From: an uncultured Acidobacteriota bacterium
GTDB lineage: Bacteria > Acidobacteriota > Thermoanaerobaculia > Multivoradales > UBA5704
Assembly: GCA_963770895.1 (NCBI GenBank)
Contig: CAVYRF010000002.1
Span: 5,504,001 to 5,568,000, forward strand
Length of the DNA stretch: 64,000 nt
Direction: 5' to 3'
The notes beneath the pieces were generated by a model, which was given only the letters and a program-made list of their open reading frames with translations, had not been told where the DNA came from and ran no database searches. Shown one piece after another: positions 49,480 to 57,959 of this stretch. Position numbers and translations under genes: made by a program. Positions within the stretch are counted from its first letter, which is position 1. Each line of letters opens with the position of its first letter.

Positions 49480-50472
49480 TCAGGGCATGCAGGCGAAGCG
49501 CGACCGCGCCAGGGCGCGCGCGAAGATCGTCTGCGCGGCGGAGTTGGGATGGGCGTCTTCGTGGCTCACCCAGTAGCGCTCGCCCGAGCCGGCGGGGAAG
49601 TCGGCGGTGGGGTCGATGACCTCGAAGCCGGCTTCGCGGCCGATCGCCTCGACGCGCGAGAACGCTTCAGCGATGCCCGCGTCGTGCGGGTCGTGCAGCT
49701 CGGGCATGGGGAACAGCGTCGCCGCCACGTGGTCGGCCTTGAGGATCGCCCCCAGCTCCCGCAGCTTGGCCTGGGTGCGCAGCCAGCCCGGCTGCCCGTC
49801 GCGGAACAGGCCGACGTAGTAGTTGTTGTAGTTGGCCAGCTTGGGGTCGGTGATCTTCTGCATCCGGGCGCCGGCCAGCGACAGCAGCGCCGAGTTCCAG
49901 AAGAAGGGGTTGGTGTTGGGCACCGCGTCCGGTTCCGCGTCGTTGAAGGAGAAGCCCAGGATCACCCAGTCGGGGTGCACGAACGGCCGGATGCGTTGCT
50001 TGTAACGCTCCACCTCCATCGAGGTGTTGCAGTTGCCGATGCCGGCGTTGTCGACGGTCACCGCGCGCCCACCCTGGGTGGGGCAGCGCTCCGACAGGAT
50101 GCGCTCCAGGTCGTCGGAGAAGGTCTCCCCCTCGGGCACCCCCCAGCCGAACGTCAGCGAGTCGCCCAGCGCCACGACCAGCCGGTTGCCCGGCCGCCGC
50201 CGCGCCTCGGTCGCCGGGTCCGGCAGCCGGAAGCCGTGCTCTTCCGTGCGCACCCTGGCGCCCATCAGGAACGCGTTGCCGTTGGGCCGCTGCTCTTCGA
50301 CCACGCCAGGATAGGGCGAGATGACCTTGATCAGCTTGGCGTAGCGCCACATTTCCACGTCGTAGACGTACAGCCAATGCTTTGAAATCAGCCGCAGCCC
50401 CACCTCCGCCACGACGAACGTGACCACCAGGGAGACGCCGAGCACGACGGCACCCAACCAACGCTTGTTCAT
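49480..50472 (-). CDS. SGNH/GDSL hydrolase family protein, membrane-anchored
   Basis: TM ..AEVGLR, LGDSLTFGWGV, NAGIGN, FND, DAHPN. Confidence 0.88.
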   Translation of the reverse strand: MNKRWLGAVVLGVSLVVTFVVAEVGLRLISKHWLYVYDVEMWRYAKLIKVISPYPGVVEEQRPNGNAFLMGARVRTEEHGFRLPDPATEARRRPGNRLVVALGDSLTFGWGVPEGETFSDDLERILSERCPTQGGRAVTVDNAGIGNCNTSMEVERYKQRIRPFVHPDWVILGFSFNDAEPDAVPNTNPFFWNSALLSLAGARMQKITDPKLANYNNYYVGLFRDGQPGWLRTQAKLRELGAILKADHVAATLFPMPELHDPHDAGIAEAFSRVEAIGREAGFEVIDPTADFPAGSGERYWVSHEDAHPNSAAQTIFARALARSRFACMP

Positions 50473-50598
50473 GGACACCACCTGGATCGAGTTCCCGGCC
50501 AGCGGGAGGGTTGTACGGCGCCGGGCACACACGCCCCGCGGCAGCGGCGCCCGACTCTATCATCACCGCCGCCCGCCCGGGTTTGGCGCGGTCCGATC

Positions 50599-52098
50599 TC
50601 AGGTGGCGGTCGGGAGGGCTGGCAGAGCTCTGCGCTCCAGGAGGTTGAGGGCGCGACGCGCCTGGTCCAGGGTCGCGGCCTCGCGCTGCGCCGCCTCGCA
50701 GAAGAGGTGGAAGGCCACCAGGGCGTCGGGCTCCACGCGCTCCGCGGTCAGGATCGTGGTCATCGCCGCGGCCAAGTCGCGCACTTCGGCGGTGCGGCCC
50801 TGGTCGAGATAGATCAGCGCGAGATCCAGGGAGACGATGGAGGCGCACACCTTCTGGCCTTGGGCCAGGCACTCCGCTCGGGCCTGCTCGAAGGCGGCGC
50901 ACGCCTCGGCCTGGCGGCCACGGCCTGCCGCGACGCGGCCACTGAGCCAAACGACGCGCATCCGGTCCGCACCGTTGTCGAGATCGAGCGCCATCTGGCG
51001 CAGGTGCGGGAGCTGCGTCTCCGCCTGGGCATAGTCGCCCAGGTGACACTGGCAGGCGCAGAAGTTGAACTCCAGAGCGAAGCGCAAGCGAGGATCGTCG
51101 CAGCTCGCGATCTGTGGTCCCGCGGCGTGCAGGACGGCAATGGCGGCGGCAGCGTCTCCGGATGCCTGCAGGGTGGACGCACGCTTGAGCAGGATCCGCC
51201 CCGAGGCGTGAGGTGGTGCCAAGGCGGCGGCGCGGTCGAGGAGATCGAGCGCCGCCTGGAATTGCCCGGCGTCGCGGCGGAGGGACGCTTCGAGATCGAA
51301 CAGGCGCCATTCTGCGAGGAGGGAGTCGCTGTTCCCGGCCCGCCAGAGGTTCCAGGCGGTGGCAAACTCGGTCCCGGCCGCAACCAGGTCGCCGGCGATC
51401 CGGCGGGCGTTGCCGACGAAGGCCCGCGCATAGCCCTGGACGCGCAGGCGCCAGGGCTCGTCGCCCGGCACGAGCCGGGCCACCGCGACGGCGAGGTGGG
51501 CCAGGTCAAGGGCCGCGGCGACGCCCTTGGGAGCCTGCCGCGCGCTTTCCTCGCATAGCCTTTCGGCAAACGCCCAGGTCTGAAGCTCGGCACCTTGCTC
51601 GACCAGCCAGAGGCGCTCCTCGGCAGTGCAGGCTGCGATCCGTTCCCAGGCGCGCGCCGCGTCCTCGCGGTCCGCTGGCGACGGTTGCCTGGGCGTGAGC
51701 GCCGCCGTCTCGGTGGTCGCGATGGCCGCCTCAAGATTGCCCAGGACCGCGTGCATTGCCTCGCGGACGGCTGCCTCCAGCGCGGCGTCGTCTGCCGCAA
51801 AATCCTGGACGATCGGTTGGTGCTTACCAGGAGGCGGGCCTGCTGCAGCGGCGTGCGCCTGCTCGCGGGCGGAGCGCAGTACGGGCAGCAGGCGGCGGAC
51901 CACCCACGAGGGGCGCAGGCCGACGGCCGTGGCGAGCTGCGCCAGGGCTTCTGGTGAGATCGGTTCCCCGGACTCATAGCGGGAGATGGACGCCTGGCCC
52001 AATCCTGCCCGTTGAGCCAGGGTGCGCTGGTCCCAGCCGCGGAGGGTGCGGAGCAGCAGCACCAGCAGCGGTCCGGCCTCATCTACATAGGAAGGCAT
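50599..52098 (-). CDS. XRE-family HTH + TPR-like repeat protein (paralog A)
   Basis: LRTLRGWDQRTLAQRAGLGQASISRYESG HTH; helical repeats with QGYARAFVGNA.R..GD, EWRLFDLEASLRRD, GRILLKRA; GGAGGT RBS. Confidence 0.88.
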   Translation of the reverse strand: MPSYVDEAGPLLVLLLRTLRGWDQRTLAQRAGLGQASISRYESGEPISPEALAQLATAVGLRPSWVVRRLLPVLRSAREQAHAAAAGPPPGKHQPIVQDFAADDAALEAAVREAMHAVLGNLEAAIATTETAALTPRQPSPADREDAARAWERIAACTAEERLWLVEQGAELQTWAFAERLCEESARQAPKGVAAALDLAHLAVAVARLVPGDEPWRLRVQGYARAFVGNARRIAGDLVAAGTEFATAWNLWRAGNSDSLLAEWRLFDLEASLRRDAGQFQAALDLLDRAAALAPPHASGRILLKRASTLQASGDAAAAIAVLHAAGPQIASCDDPRLRFALEFNFCACQCHLGDYAQAETQLPHLRQMALDLDNGADRMRVVWLSGRVAAGRGRQAEACAAFEQARAECLAQGQKVCASIVSLDLALIYLDQGRTAEVRDLAAAMTTILTAERVEPDALVAFHLFCEAAQREAATLDQARRALNLLERRALPALPTAT

Positions 52099-52126
52099 GT
52101 CACCTCCGCTTTGGATGCCATATCCG

Positions 52127-52143
52127 TAAAAAGTGTATTTTTA
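52127..52143. promoter_or_regulatory. AT-rich inverted repeat in divergent promoter region (candidate operator)
   Basis: TAAAAA-GTGTA-TTTTTA in the 137-bp gap between paralog A and the peptide gene. Confidence 0.4.
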
Positions 52144-52235
52144 ACCACTGCCATTCGTCCCGGCGGATCCCGGAGGCTCACGCGCTCGGGCCAATACCGA
52201 CCGCGAGCGCAGCGCCCCCTGAAAGGACCCCAGTC

Positions 52236-52703
52236 ATGCGCCATCCGATCTCCCGTCGCCTTGTTGTCACCGCAGCGGTGCTTGCCCTGGCCGCCTGGGG
52301 GAGCGCTCCCCGGTCGCTCCGGGCCGCCCCAGCATCCGGCTTGAGCTTGCTGGCAAGTCAGGATGCCGACTTCCTTGCCCCGTTGCGCCAGTGGCTGCGC
52401 GCGATCTGGCCCTGGAACGGCTCTGAAGCCAGGCGCGACGGCGTCCGGCACGACGCTGCTGTGGCAAAGCCACAGAACCGCTGCACCATGGACCCGGACG
52501 GCCAGTGCACCACAGACGTCAAGCCACAGAACCGCTGCGTGATCGACCCGGACGGCCAGTGCATCACAGACGTCAAGCCGCAGAACCGCTGCGGGGCCGA
52601 CCCGAACGGCGGTCAGCAGTGCACCGCCGCCGTCACGCCGCAGAACCGCTGCACCGCGGACCCGGATGGACATGGCTGCCTGAACCGAGCGGTTTCCTGG
52701 TAA
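52236..52703 (+). CDS. 155-aa exported propeptide-like protein with four Cys-DPxG-Cys repeats
   Basis: GAAAGGA RBS; signal peptide MRHPISRRLVVTAAVLALAAWG..; Trp-rich amphipathic segment LRQWLRAIWPW; repeats PQNRCTMDPDGQC, PQNRCVIDPDGQC, PQNRCGADPNGGQQC, PQNRCTADPDGHGC. Confidence 0.85.
   Translation: MRHPISRRLVVTAAVLALAAWGSAPRSLRAAPASGLSLLASQDADFLAPLRQWLRAIWPWNGSEARRDGVRHDAAVAKPQNRCTMDPDGQCTTDVKPQNRCVIDPDGQCITDVKPQNRCGADPNGGQQCTAAVTPQNRCTADPDGHGCLNRAVSW
52467..52679 (+). repeat. In-frame tandem repeat, 4 units (54, 54, 60 bp, last truncated)
   Basis: Units start at 52467, 52521, 52575, 52635; consensus AAGCCRCAGAACCGCTGC...GACCCGGACGGCCAGTGC. Confidence 0.92.
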
Positions 52704-52811
52704 GGCGGAGCGATTGGAGAAGCCTGGTTTCCTCCGCTGCGGGGACGGAGCCCTCCCTGCCATGCCTGCCGGAGCCTCGTCCAGGGTTCCGGCGTTCCGC
52801 CAGCCGGACTT

Positions 52812-55253
52812 TCACGGTAGGCTGAAGCGGGCACGGGATGAGCGATCGAGCAGACGCAAGGCCGTGCGCGCCTGCTCAATCGTGGCGACCTCGCGATTGG
52901 CTGCTTCGCAAAACAGCTTGAGACTGGCGACGGCCTCCCGCTCGACCTTTTGGGCGGCCAAGACCTTCCATATCTTCTGTGCAAGGCGGCGCACCTCGGC
53001 CAGGCGCCCCTCCTCCAGGTAGAGAATCGCCAGATCGAGAGAGACCATTGCGCTGGCGACGCCGTTGCCGCGGTCCGCGAACTGTTCGCGCACGTGGGAG
53101 AAGGCGGCGCTAGCCTCCTGCCTGTTGCCCATGCCGGCTGCCACGCGAGCTGCCAACCAAGAGACGCGTAGCACGTCCAAGTCGTTGGCCAGCTCGAGCG
53201 TAAGGTGCCGCAACCTGGGGAGCTGAGCCGACGCATCGGCAAAGGCGCCAAGATGACAGAGAACCGCAGTCAAGGTGAATTCCAGGCCGAATTGCAAGCG
53301 CAGGTCGCCGGTCTCTATCACGAGCGGAGCCGCCTCCCGCAGCGCCGCCGCGGCGGCGGTCGCGTCACCTGCCTGCTCCAGGGTAGAGCCGCGCTTGAGC
53401 AGGATGCGACCGGCCGCAGCGCGAGGAGCCGCAGCCGCCGCACGGTCGAGGAGGTCAAGCGCGACGCCGAAGTGACCCGCGTCTCGGCGCAACGACGCCT
53501 CCAGGTCCAACAAGCGCCACTCGGGGAGAATGGCCGTCGGATCGCCCGCAGCACCGGCGTGCCAGAGCCGCCTGACCATCCGCCACTGCGCGTCCGCCTG
53601 GGGCAGGCTGCCCTGGATACGCAGGGCGTTGGCCAAAAACGCCCGGGCATAGCCTTCCAGCCGGCTGCGCCAGGCATCCGAGCCGGCGGCGAGCCGAGCC
53701 ACCGTGACGGCGAGCCCTGCCAACTCCAAGGCGGTGGTGGCGCTGCGGGGCGCGGCACGCCGGCTTTCCTCCGCGAGGCGCTCGGCGAGCGCCCAGCCCC
53801 GCAACTGCAGCAAGCCCTGGACGAGCAGCCGGCGCTGGGCAGGTTTGAATCTGGCGAGGGTTTGCCACTGCCTTCCGGCCGCGGCGCGCGCGCGGGCGAT
53901 GTGGTGCGCGGCGGAGCGCGCCTGGAGGCGGAACTGGGCAAGGGTGGCGTATTCCACGCCGAGATGGGAGGCGGTCTGCCGCGCGAGGTGATCGTCGAGC
54001 GGCGCCGCGGCCGCTGGGTGTGCGGCAGCCGCAACGGTGCCGGCGGGGGAGGGGTCGAGCGCCGCGACCGTCAGCAGGGCGACGTCCACGTCGGCCGGGG
54101 TGTATCCCATCACCTCCGACGTCAGGGTCTGGAAGCGGCGCGGGGTCAAGGGGCGATGGCCGCGCTCAAACCCCGAGATATGGCTGGTATGCACGCCGGC
54201 GGCGGCCGCCAGGTCCTGCTGCGTCCAGGCGATGCGTTCGCGCAGCCAGATGAGGGCAATGCGCGCGGTGTCCCGGGAATCGGGGAGCGCATCGCCGGCG
54301 GCGGCGTCCCCTTTCCTCTCCGGGGCAGTGCCAGGGCGCGAACTTGCACTGCCGGCCGCGGAGGGAGGCAAACCGTGCCGGTCGCCGGGCGCTGAGGCAA
54401 CCGTAGGTGCGTCCAGGCCGATGGATGCGGACAGGTCGAGCAGGCACCCTTCGGACAGGACGCCGGCCGGGTCGCCCGCGGCGCCGGCGCGCCAAAGGCT
54501 CCAGGCGGTCTGCCATTCGGCGCTGGCGGCGGCAGCGTGTCCCGCGGCCTGCAGCGCGTTGGCCAGGTAGGCCCGCGCATAGCCTTGGACACGGCTGCGC
54601 CAGGCTGCGGAGCCGGCGGCGAGCCGAGCCGCGGTGACCGCCAGCTGCGCCAGGTCGAGGGCGTCGGCGGCGCCTGCGGGCGCGGTGCGCTGGCTTTGGT
54701 GGGCAAGCAGCTCGGCCAACGCCCAGCCTTGGAACTCCTCCAACCGCTCGACGAGAAGACGGCGTTGGGCCGGACTGGCGACCTGGAGCCGACGCCAGAG
54801 ACTGGCGGCCTGGGCGCGAGCCTGCGCCAGCCGATGTTCGGCGATGCGGGGCTTCAGGCGGGGAAGCGCTAGCGCGGCGACCTCGACTGCGAGGTGCGCG
54901 ATCGCTTGGCGATGGAGCCGCGCCTCCGCGGGCGGCAGTGCGGCGGGACCGGTGGCCGCCGCATCGCCTCCCGCGGGGTCGGGACCGACGGCCGCAATGG
55001 CGAGCAGGGCCAGCTCGATTTGAGCGGGGGTGTAGGCCATCGCCGCGGCCAGCTGCAGGAACCGGCGGCGGCTCAGTGGGCGATTGCCGCGCTCGTAGTC
55101 GGTGATGAGGTTCCTGACCGTACCCGCGGCCTGGGCGAGCTGGGTCTGGCTCCAGCCGAGGCGCTCGCGCAACCAGGTCAGAGCGATGGAGTCCGGTTTG
55201 GGGATCGCCCTGGGCACCCGGTCGGGTCGCGCGGGAGGCGTCATGGGTCTCAT
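52812..55253 (-). CDS. Tandem (HTH-partial TPR)-(HTH-TPR) protein (paralog B)
   Basis: Two XRE HTHs (LRERLGWSQTQLA..TDYERG; LRERIAWTQQDLA..SGFERG), each followed by W.LAE.L..S.R.AP and GYARA.LANA motifs; start could be 55244, 55253 or 55316. Confidence 0.85.
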   Translation of the reverse strand: MRPMTPPARPDRVPRAIPKPDSIALTWLRERLGWSQTQLAQAAGTVRNLITDYERGNRPLSRRRFLQLAAAMAYTPAQIELALLAIAAVGPDPAGGDAAATGPAALPPAEARLHRQAIAHLAVEVAALALPRLKPRIAEHRLAQARAQAASLWRRLQVASPAQRRLLVERLEEFQGWALAELLAHQSQRTAPAGAADALDLAQLAVTAARLAAGSAAWRSRVQGYARAYLANALQAAGHAAAASAEWQTAWSLWRAGAAGDPAGVLSEGCLLDLSASIGLDAPTVASAPGDRHGLPPSAAGSASSRPGTAPERKGDAAAGDALPDSRDTARIALIWLRERIAWTQQDLAAAAGVHTSHISGFERGHRPLTPRRFQTLTSEVMGYTPADVDVALLTVAALDPSPAGTVAAAAHPAAAAPLDDHLARQTASHLGVEYATLAQFRLQARSAAHHIARARAAAGRQWQTLARFKPAQRRLLVQGLLQLRGWALAERLAEESRRAAPRSATTALELAGLAVTVARLAAGSDAWRSRLEGYARAFLANALRIQGSLPQADAQWRMVRRLWHAGAAGDPTAILPEWRLLDLEASLRRDAGHFGVALDLLDRAAAAAPRAAAGRILLKRGSTLEQAGDATAAAAALREAAPLVIETGDLRLQFGLEFTLTAVLCHLGAFADASAQLPRLRHLTLELANDLDVLRVSWLAARVAAGMGNRQEASAAFSHVREQFADRGNGVASAMVSLDLAILYLEEGRLAEVRRLAQKIWKVLAAQKVEREAVASLKLFCEAANREVATIEQARTALRLLDRSSRARFSLP

Positions 55254-55599
55254 GGCTTGCTGAGCGAGACGACCGGGCTTTCCGTCCGATGCAAAGTATT
55301 GCCTCTCCGTAACCAATCGCTTTCAGGAAACAAATCGTCTTCGCTGCCGCGCAGATCATTCTTACGCGAACGCTCCGCTTGCGCAAGGGCGACCTTGCCC
55401 ACGAAATCAGGTGGTTTCCTACTGGATAGAAATCGTCTCTTTGCGTACCTGTCGATCGCCCCGAACCCGATCGCTTCGTCGCGGCGGGGCCGAGACGGTT
55501 ACCAACTTGCCTGGCGCTGGATACCGGGAGCTTCTTTTGTCAATTGCGCGCACGCCATTGCCAGATCGGGCAATCTCGCCAGCGAACGAGGAGGCAAAG

Positions 55600-57789
55600 A
55601 TGAGCGCCCCTGATCCCCGAAGTCCCATCGCCGGCCATCGCAGGCACGAGGACGCCGCAGCCTGCGCAGGTGAGGTGCCGCGGTATCCCTTCCTTGCCGC
55701 GGGTGCCGACGCCTTTCCTGCGAGCGGCGCCGCGCGCATGCCCGGCAAGGGCCGACCTCTGGGAATGGGCACCGGCATGGGACCTCATCGCAACCGGTCC
55801 GGTGCTGCCCCGGCCGGAGAGGTGCAGGGGCTGAGACGCCGCCATCGTCCAGCGTTGGGTCTTGCGCTTTCGACCTTGCGGTCCATCATGGGATGGTCTC
55901 AAACCGATCTTTCCCGGGTCAGCGGCGTCGCGATCAGCCAGATATCGCAATACGAATCTGGCAAGATACGTTTGACTCGGGCTCGCTTTCATCACCTCGC
56001 CGCGGTCATGGGCGCCGGCGAGGGGCTGGCCGATTGCGCGGTAACGACCTGTGCGCTGTTGTCTGCCGTAGCCACACCGGCGGACCCGGTTCCGCCAGGC
56101 GGTCTCACCTGGGACGAGCGGCGGCAGGTCAACTCGTTTGCACTAAGAATGTTGCCTGCGCTGACTGAGCTCGTTCGGGCGCAGGCCACTGCAACGATCA
56201 TCATGCAGCGCGTCGAAGAGGCGCATCAGGAAGCAGACGCACATTGGCAGGTGCTGGTGACGCTCAGCCACAGGGAGCGGCTGCAACGATTGGAAGCCGG
56301 TCTGCATCTACAAACCTGGGCGATGTGCCTGCGCCTGGGCGACGCGAGCGTTGCCGCTGCTCACAATGTCACGGAATCCATGCAGCTTGCCGAGCTTGCC
56401 GTGCGTGCGGCCCAACTGGCGCAGGGTGACGCCGGCGGGCTGCTGCGCTTGCAGGGCTACGCGCGCGCATTCCTTGCAAATGCTCATCGGTTGAGGGGAG
56501 ATCTCACGGCGGCAGATGCCGAGTTCGCTGCGGCAACGCGACAGTGGGATGAAGGTAAGCAAGTCGCGGAATTCCCGCTGCTGGAATGGCGGTTCCTCGA
56601 CTTGGAATCATCGCTCCGCCTGGCGCAAAAATTCTGGCCCGCAACCGTCGGCCTGCTCGACCGGGCCATCGCCCTTGCTCCCGCAGGGGAAACGGGCCGG
56701 CTGCTGATCAAGAAGGCGACGGCTCTACGGCTCGCCGGCCAGGTCGACGATGCGCTCGCTGCGCTGGACGCGGCGGCGCCCCTGGTCACGTCGCTGCCGG
56801 AAGCGCAGTGGATGGTGCAGTATCACCAGATTGCGTGTTTGTGCCAGACAGGGCGCTATCGACAGGCCGGTCATTTCCTGCAGAGCGCAGGCGATGCGCT
56901 TGACGGTGAGTCCACTTTGGAAATCGTCCGGCGATTGTGGCTCACAGCCCGCGTGACCGCAGGTCAGGGCGATCGGCGACAAGCGATCGCCGATTTGCAA
57001 TGGGTGCGTAGGGAACTCATGCCGTTCGCCACTTGCTACGAGTCCGCCCTGGTGTCGATCGAGCTGGCGGTTCTTTACTTCGACAGTCGGGAGTGGAGCT
57101 CGAAGATTCGTGGCTTGGTGCAAACCACCTTGGAAATAGTCAACGCACGATGGGGTTCGCGAGGTCTGACGGCCAGCCTTGGCGAGGCATGTCAGTCGCC
57201 TGAGAAGCTACGTCAGCTTCACGAAGACCTTGAGCTTTTGAGGGTCGAGAACTGGGTCTTCGAGCCCCTGACGACGGACGGCAGCGAGCGCACCGCGTAC
57301 AGCCCCCTTTCGAAACAGACCGATACCGTCTCGCTTGGCGACGAAACGAGCCTCCTGGTGCGCCTGTTGCGCGCAGTCCCTGGGTTTAGCCAGGACGCGA
57401 TGGGCGCTAGAGCGTCGATCGATCGCACTACGATCAGCCGCTACGAGAAAGGCGACATGATCCCCTCGCGGGCGCATCTCGCGCGCCTGGGCGATGCTGC
57501 CGGTATTTCACTGCCGCTTTTGGAGGGCGTGTTGCAGCCGCTGGTCCGCCTTGTGTGTGTCAAGAGGGCCTGTTCGCACAGAGCCTGGGTGCCGGCGCAC
57601 CAAGCTGATGAGGTGGCGACCGCGTTCGATCGGCAAATGGTGGCCACCCTGCGCGCAGGCGTCGCCACGTTTGCAGCAGCTCTCCGGTGCCGTCCTGCTG
57701 TGGCTGCTCAGCCTGGCCGGCCAGCGGATTTCCCGCCGCGCGATGCGCAGCAGGCGCCGGCGAAAAACGCGGGCGAGATGGCCAGATGA
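55600..57789 (+). CDS. HTH-TPR-HTH protein (paralog C)
   Basis: GAGGAGG RBS; N-terminal HTH LRSIMGWSQTDLS..SQYESG; QGYARAFLANA, EWRFLDLESSLR, GRLLIKKA; second HTH LRAVPGFSQ..ISRYEKG near the C-terminus. Confidence 0.82.
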   Translation: MSAPDPRSPIAGHRRHEDAAACAGEVPRYPFLAAGADAFPASGAARMPGKGRPLGMGTGMGPHRNRSGAAPAGEVQGLRRRHRPALGLALSTLRSIMGWSQTDLSRVSGVAISQISQYESGKIRLTRARFHHLAAVMGAGEGLADCAVTTCALLSAVATPADPVPPGGLTWDERRQVNSFALRMLPALTELVRAQATATIIMQRVEEAHQEADAHWQVLVTLSHRERLQRLEAGLHLQTWAMCLRLGDASVAAAHNVTESMQLAELAVRAAQLAQGDAGGLLRLQGYARAFLANAHRLRGDLTAADAEFAAATRQWDEGKQVAEFPLLEWRFLDLESSLRLAQKFWPATVGLLDRAIALAPAGETGRLLIKKATALRLAGQVDDALAALDAAAPLVTSLPEAQWMVQYHQIACLCQTGRYRQAGHFLQSAGDALDGESTLEIVRRLWLTARVTAGQGDRRQAIADLQWVRRELMPFATCYESALVSIELAVLYFDSREWSSKIRGLVQTTLEIVNARWGSRGLTASLGEACQSPEKLRQLHEDLELLRVENWVFEPLTTDGSERTAYSPLSKQTDTVSLGDETSLLVRLLRAVPGFSQDAMGARASIDRTTISRYEKGDMIPSRAHLARLGDAAGISLPLLEGVLQPLVRLVCVKRACSHRAWVPAHQADEVATAFDRQMVATLRAGVATFAAALRCRPAVAAQPGRPADFPPRDAQQAPAKNAGEMAR

Positions 57790-57959
57790 CACGATCTGGG
57801 TCTGCGGTGGCCGCGCCGGGTGGGGCGCGAATGCCGCTCGCATCCAGCTCCCATACAGCATAAACTTAGAGCGAAAGCCAGAACGTAAGGTGCAAGTCGG
57901 AGCAGGCCCTTTTCGGCCTGGCTTGCGGCGCTTGTGCTTTGGGAGCCCGTGCAGACGGC

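Noticed and set aside
52467-52679. Tandem 54-60-bp repeats as a possible CRISPR array
   Set aside because: Units are multiples of 3, in frame in an ORF with RBS and signal peptide, have no unique spacers, and no cas genes are present
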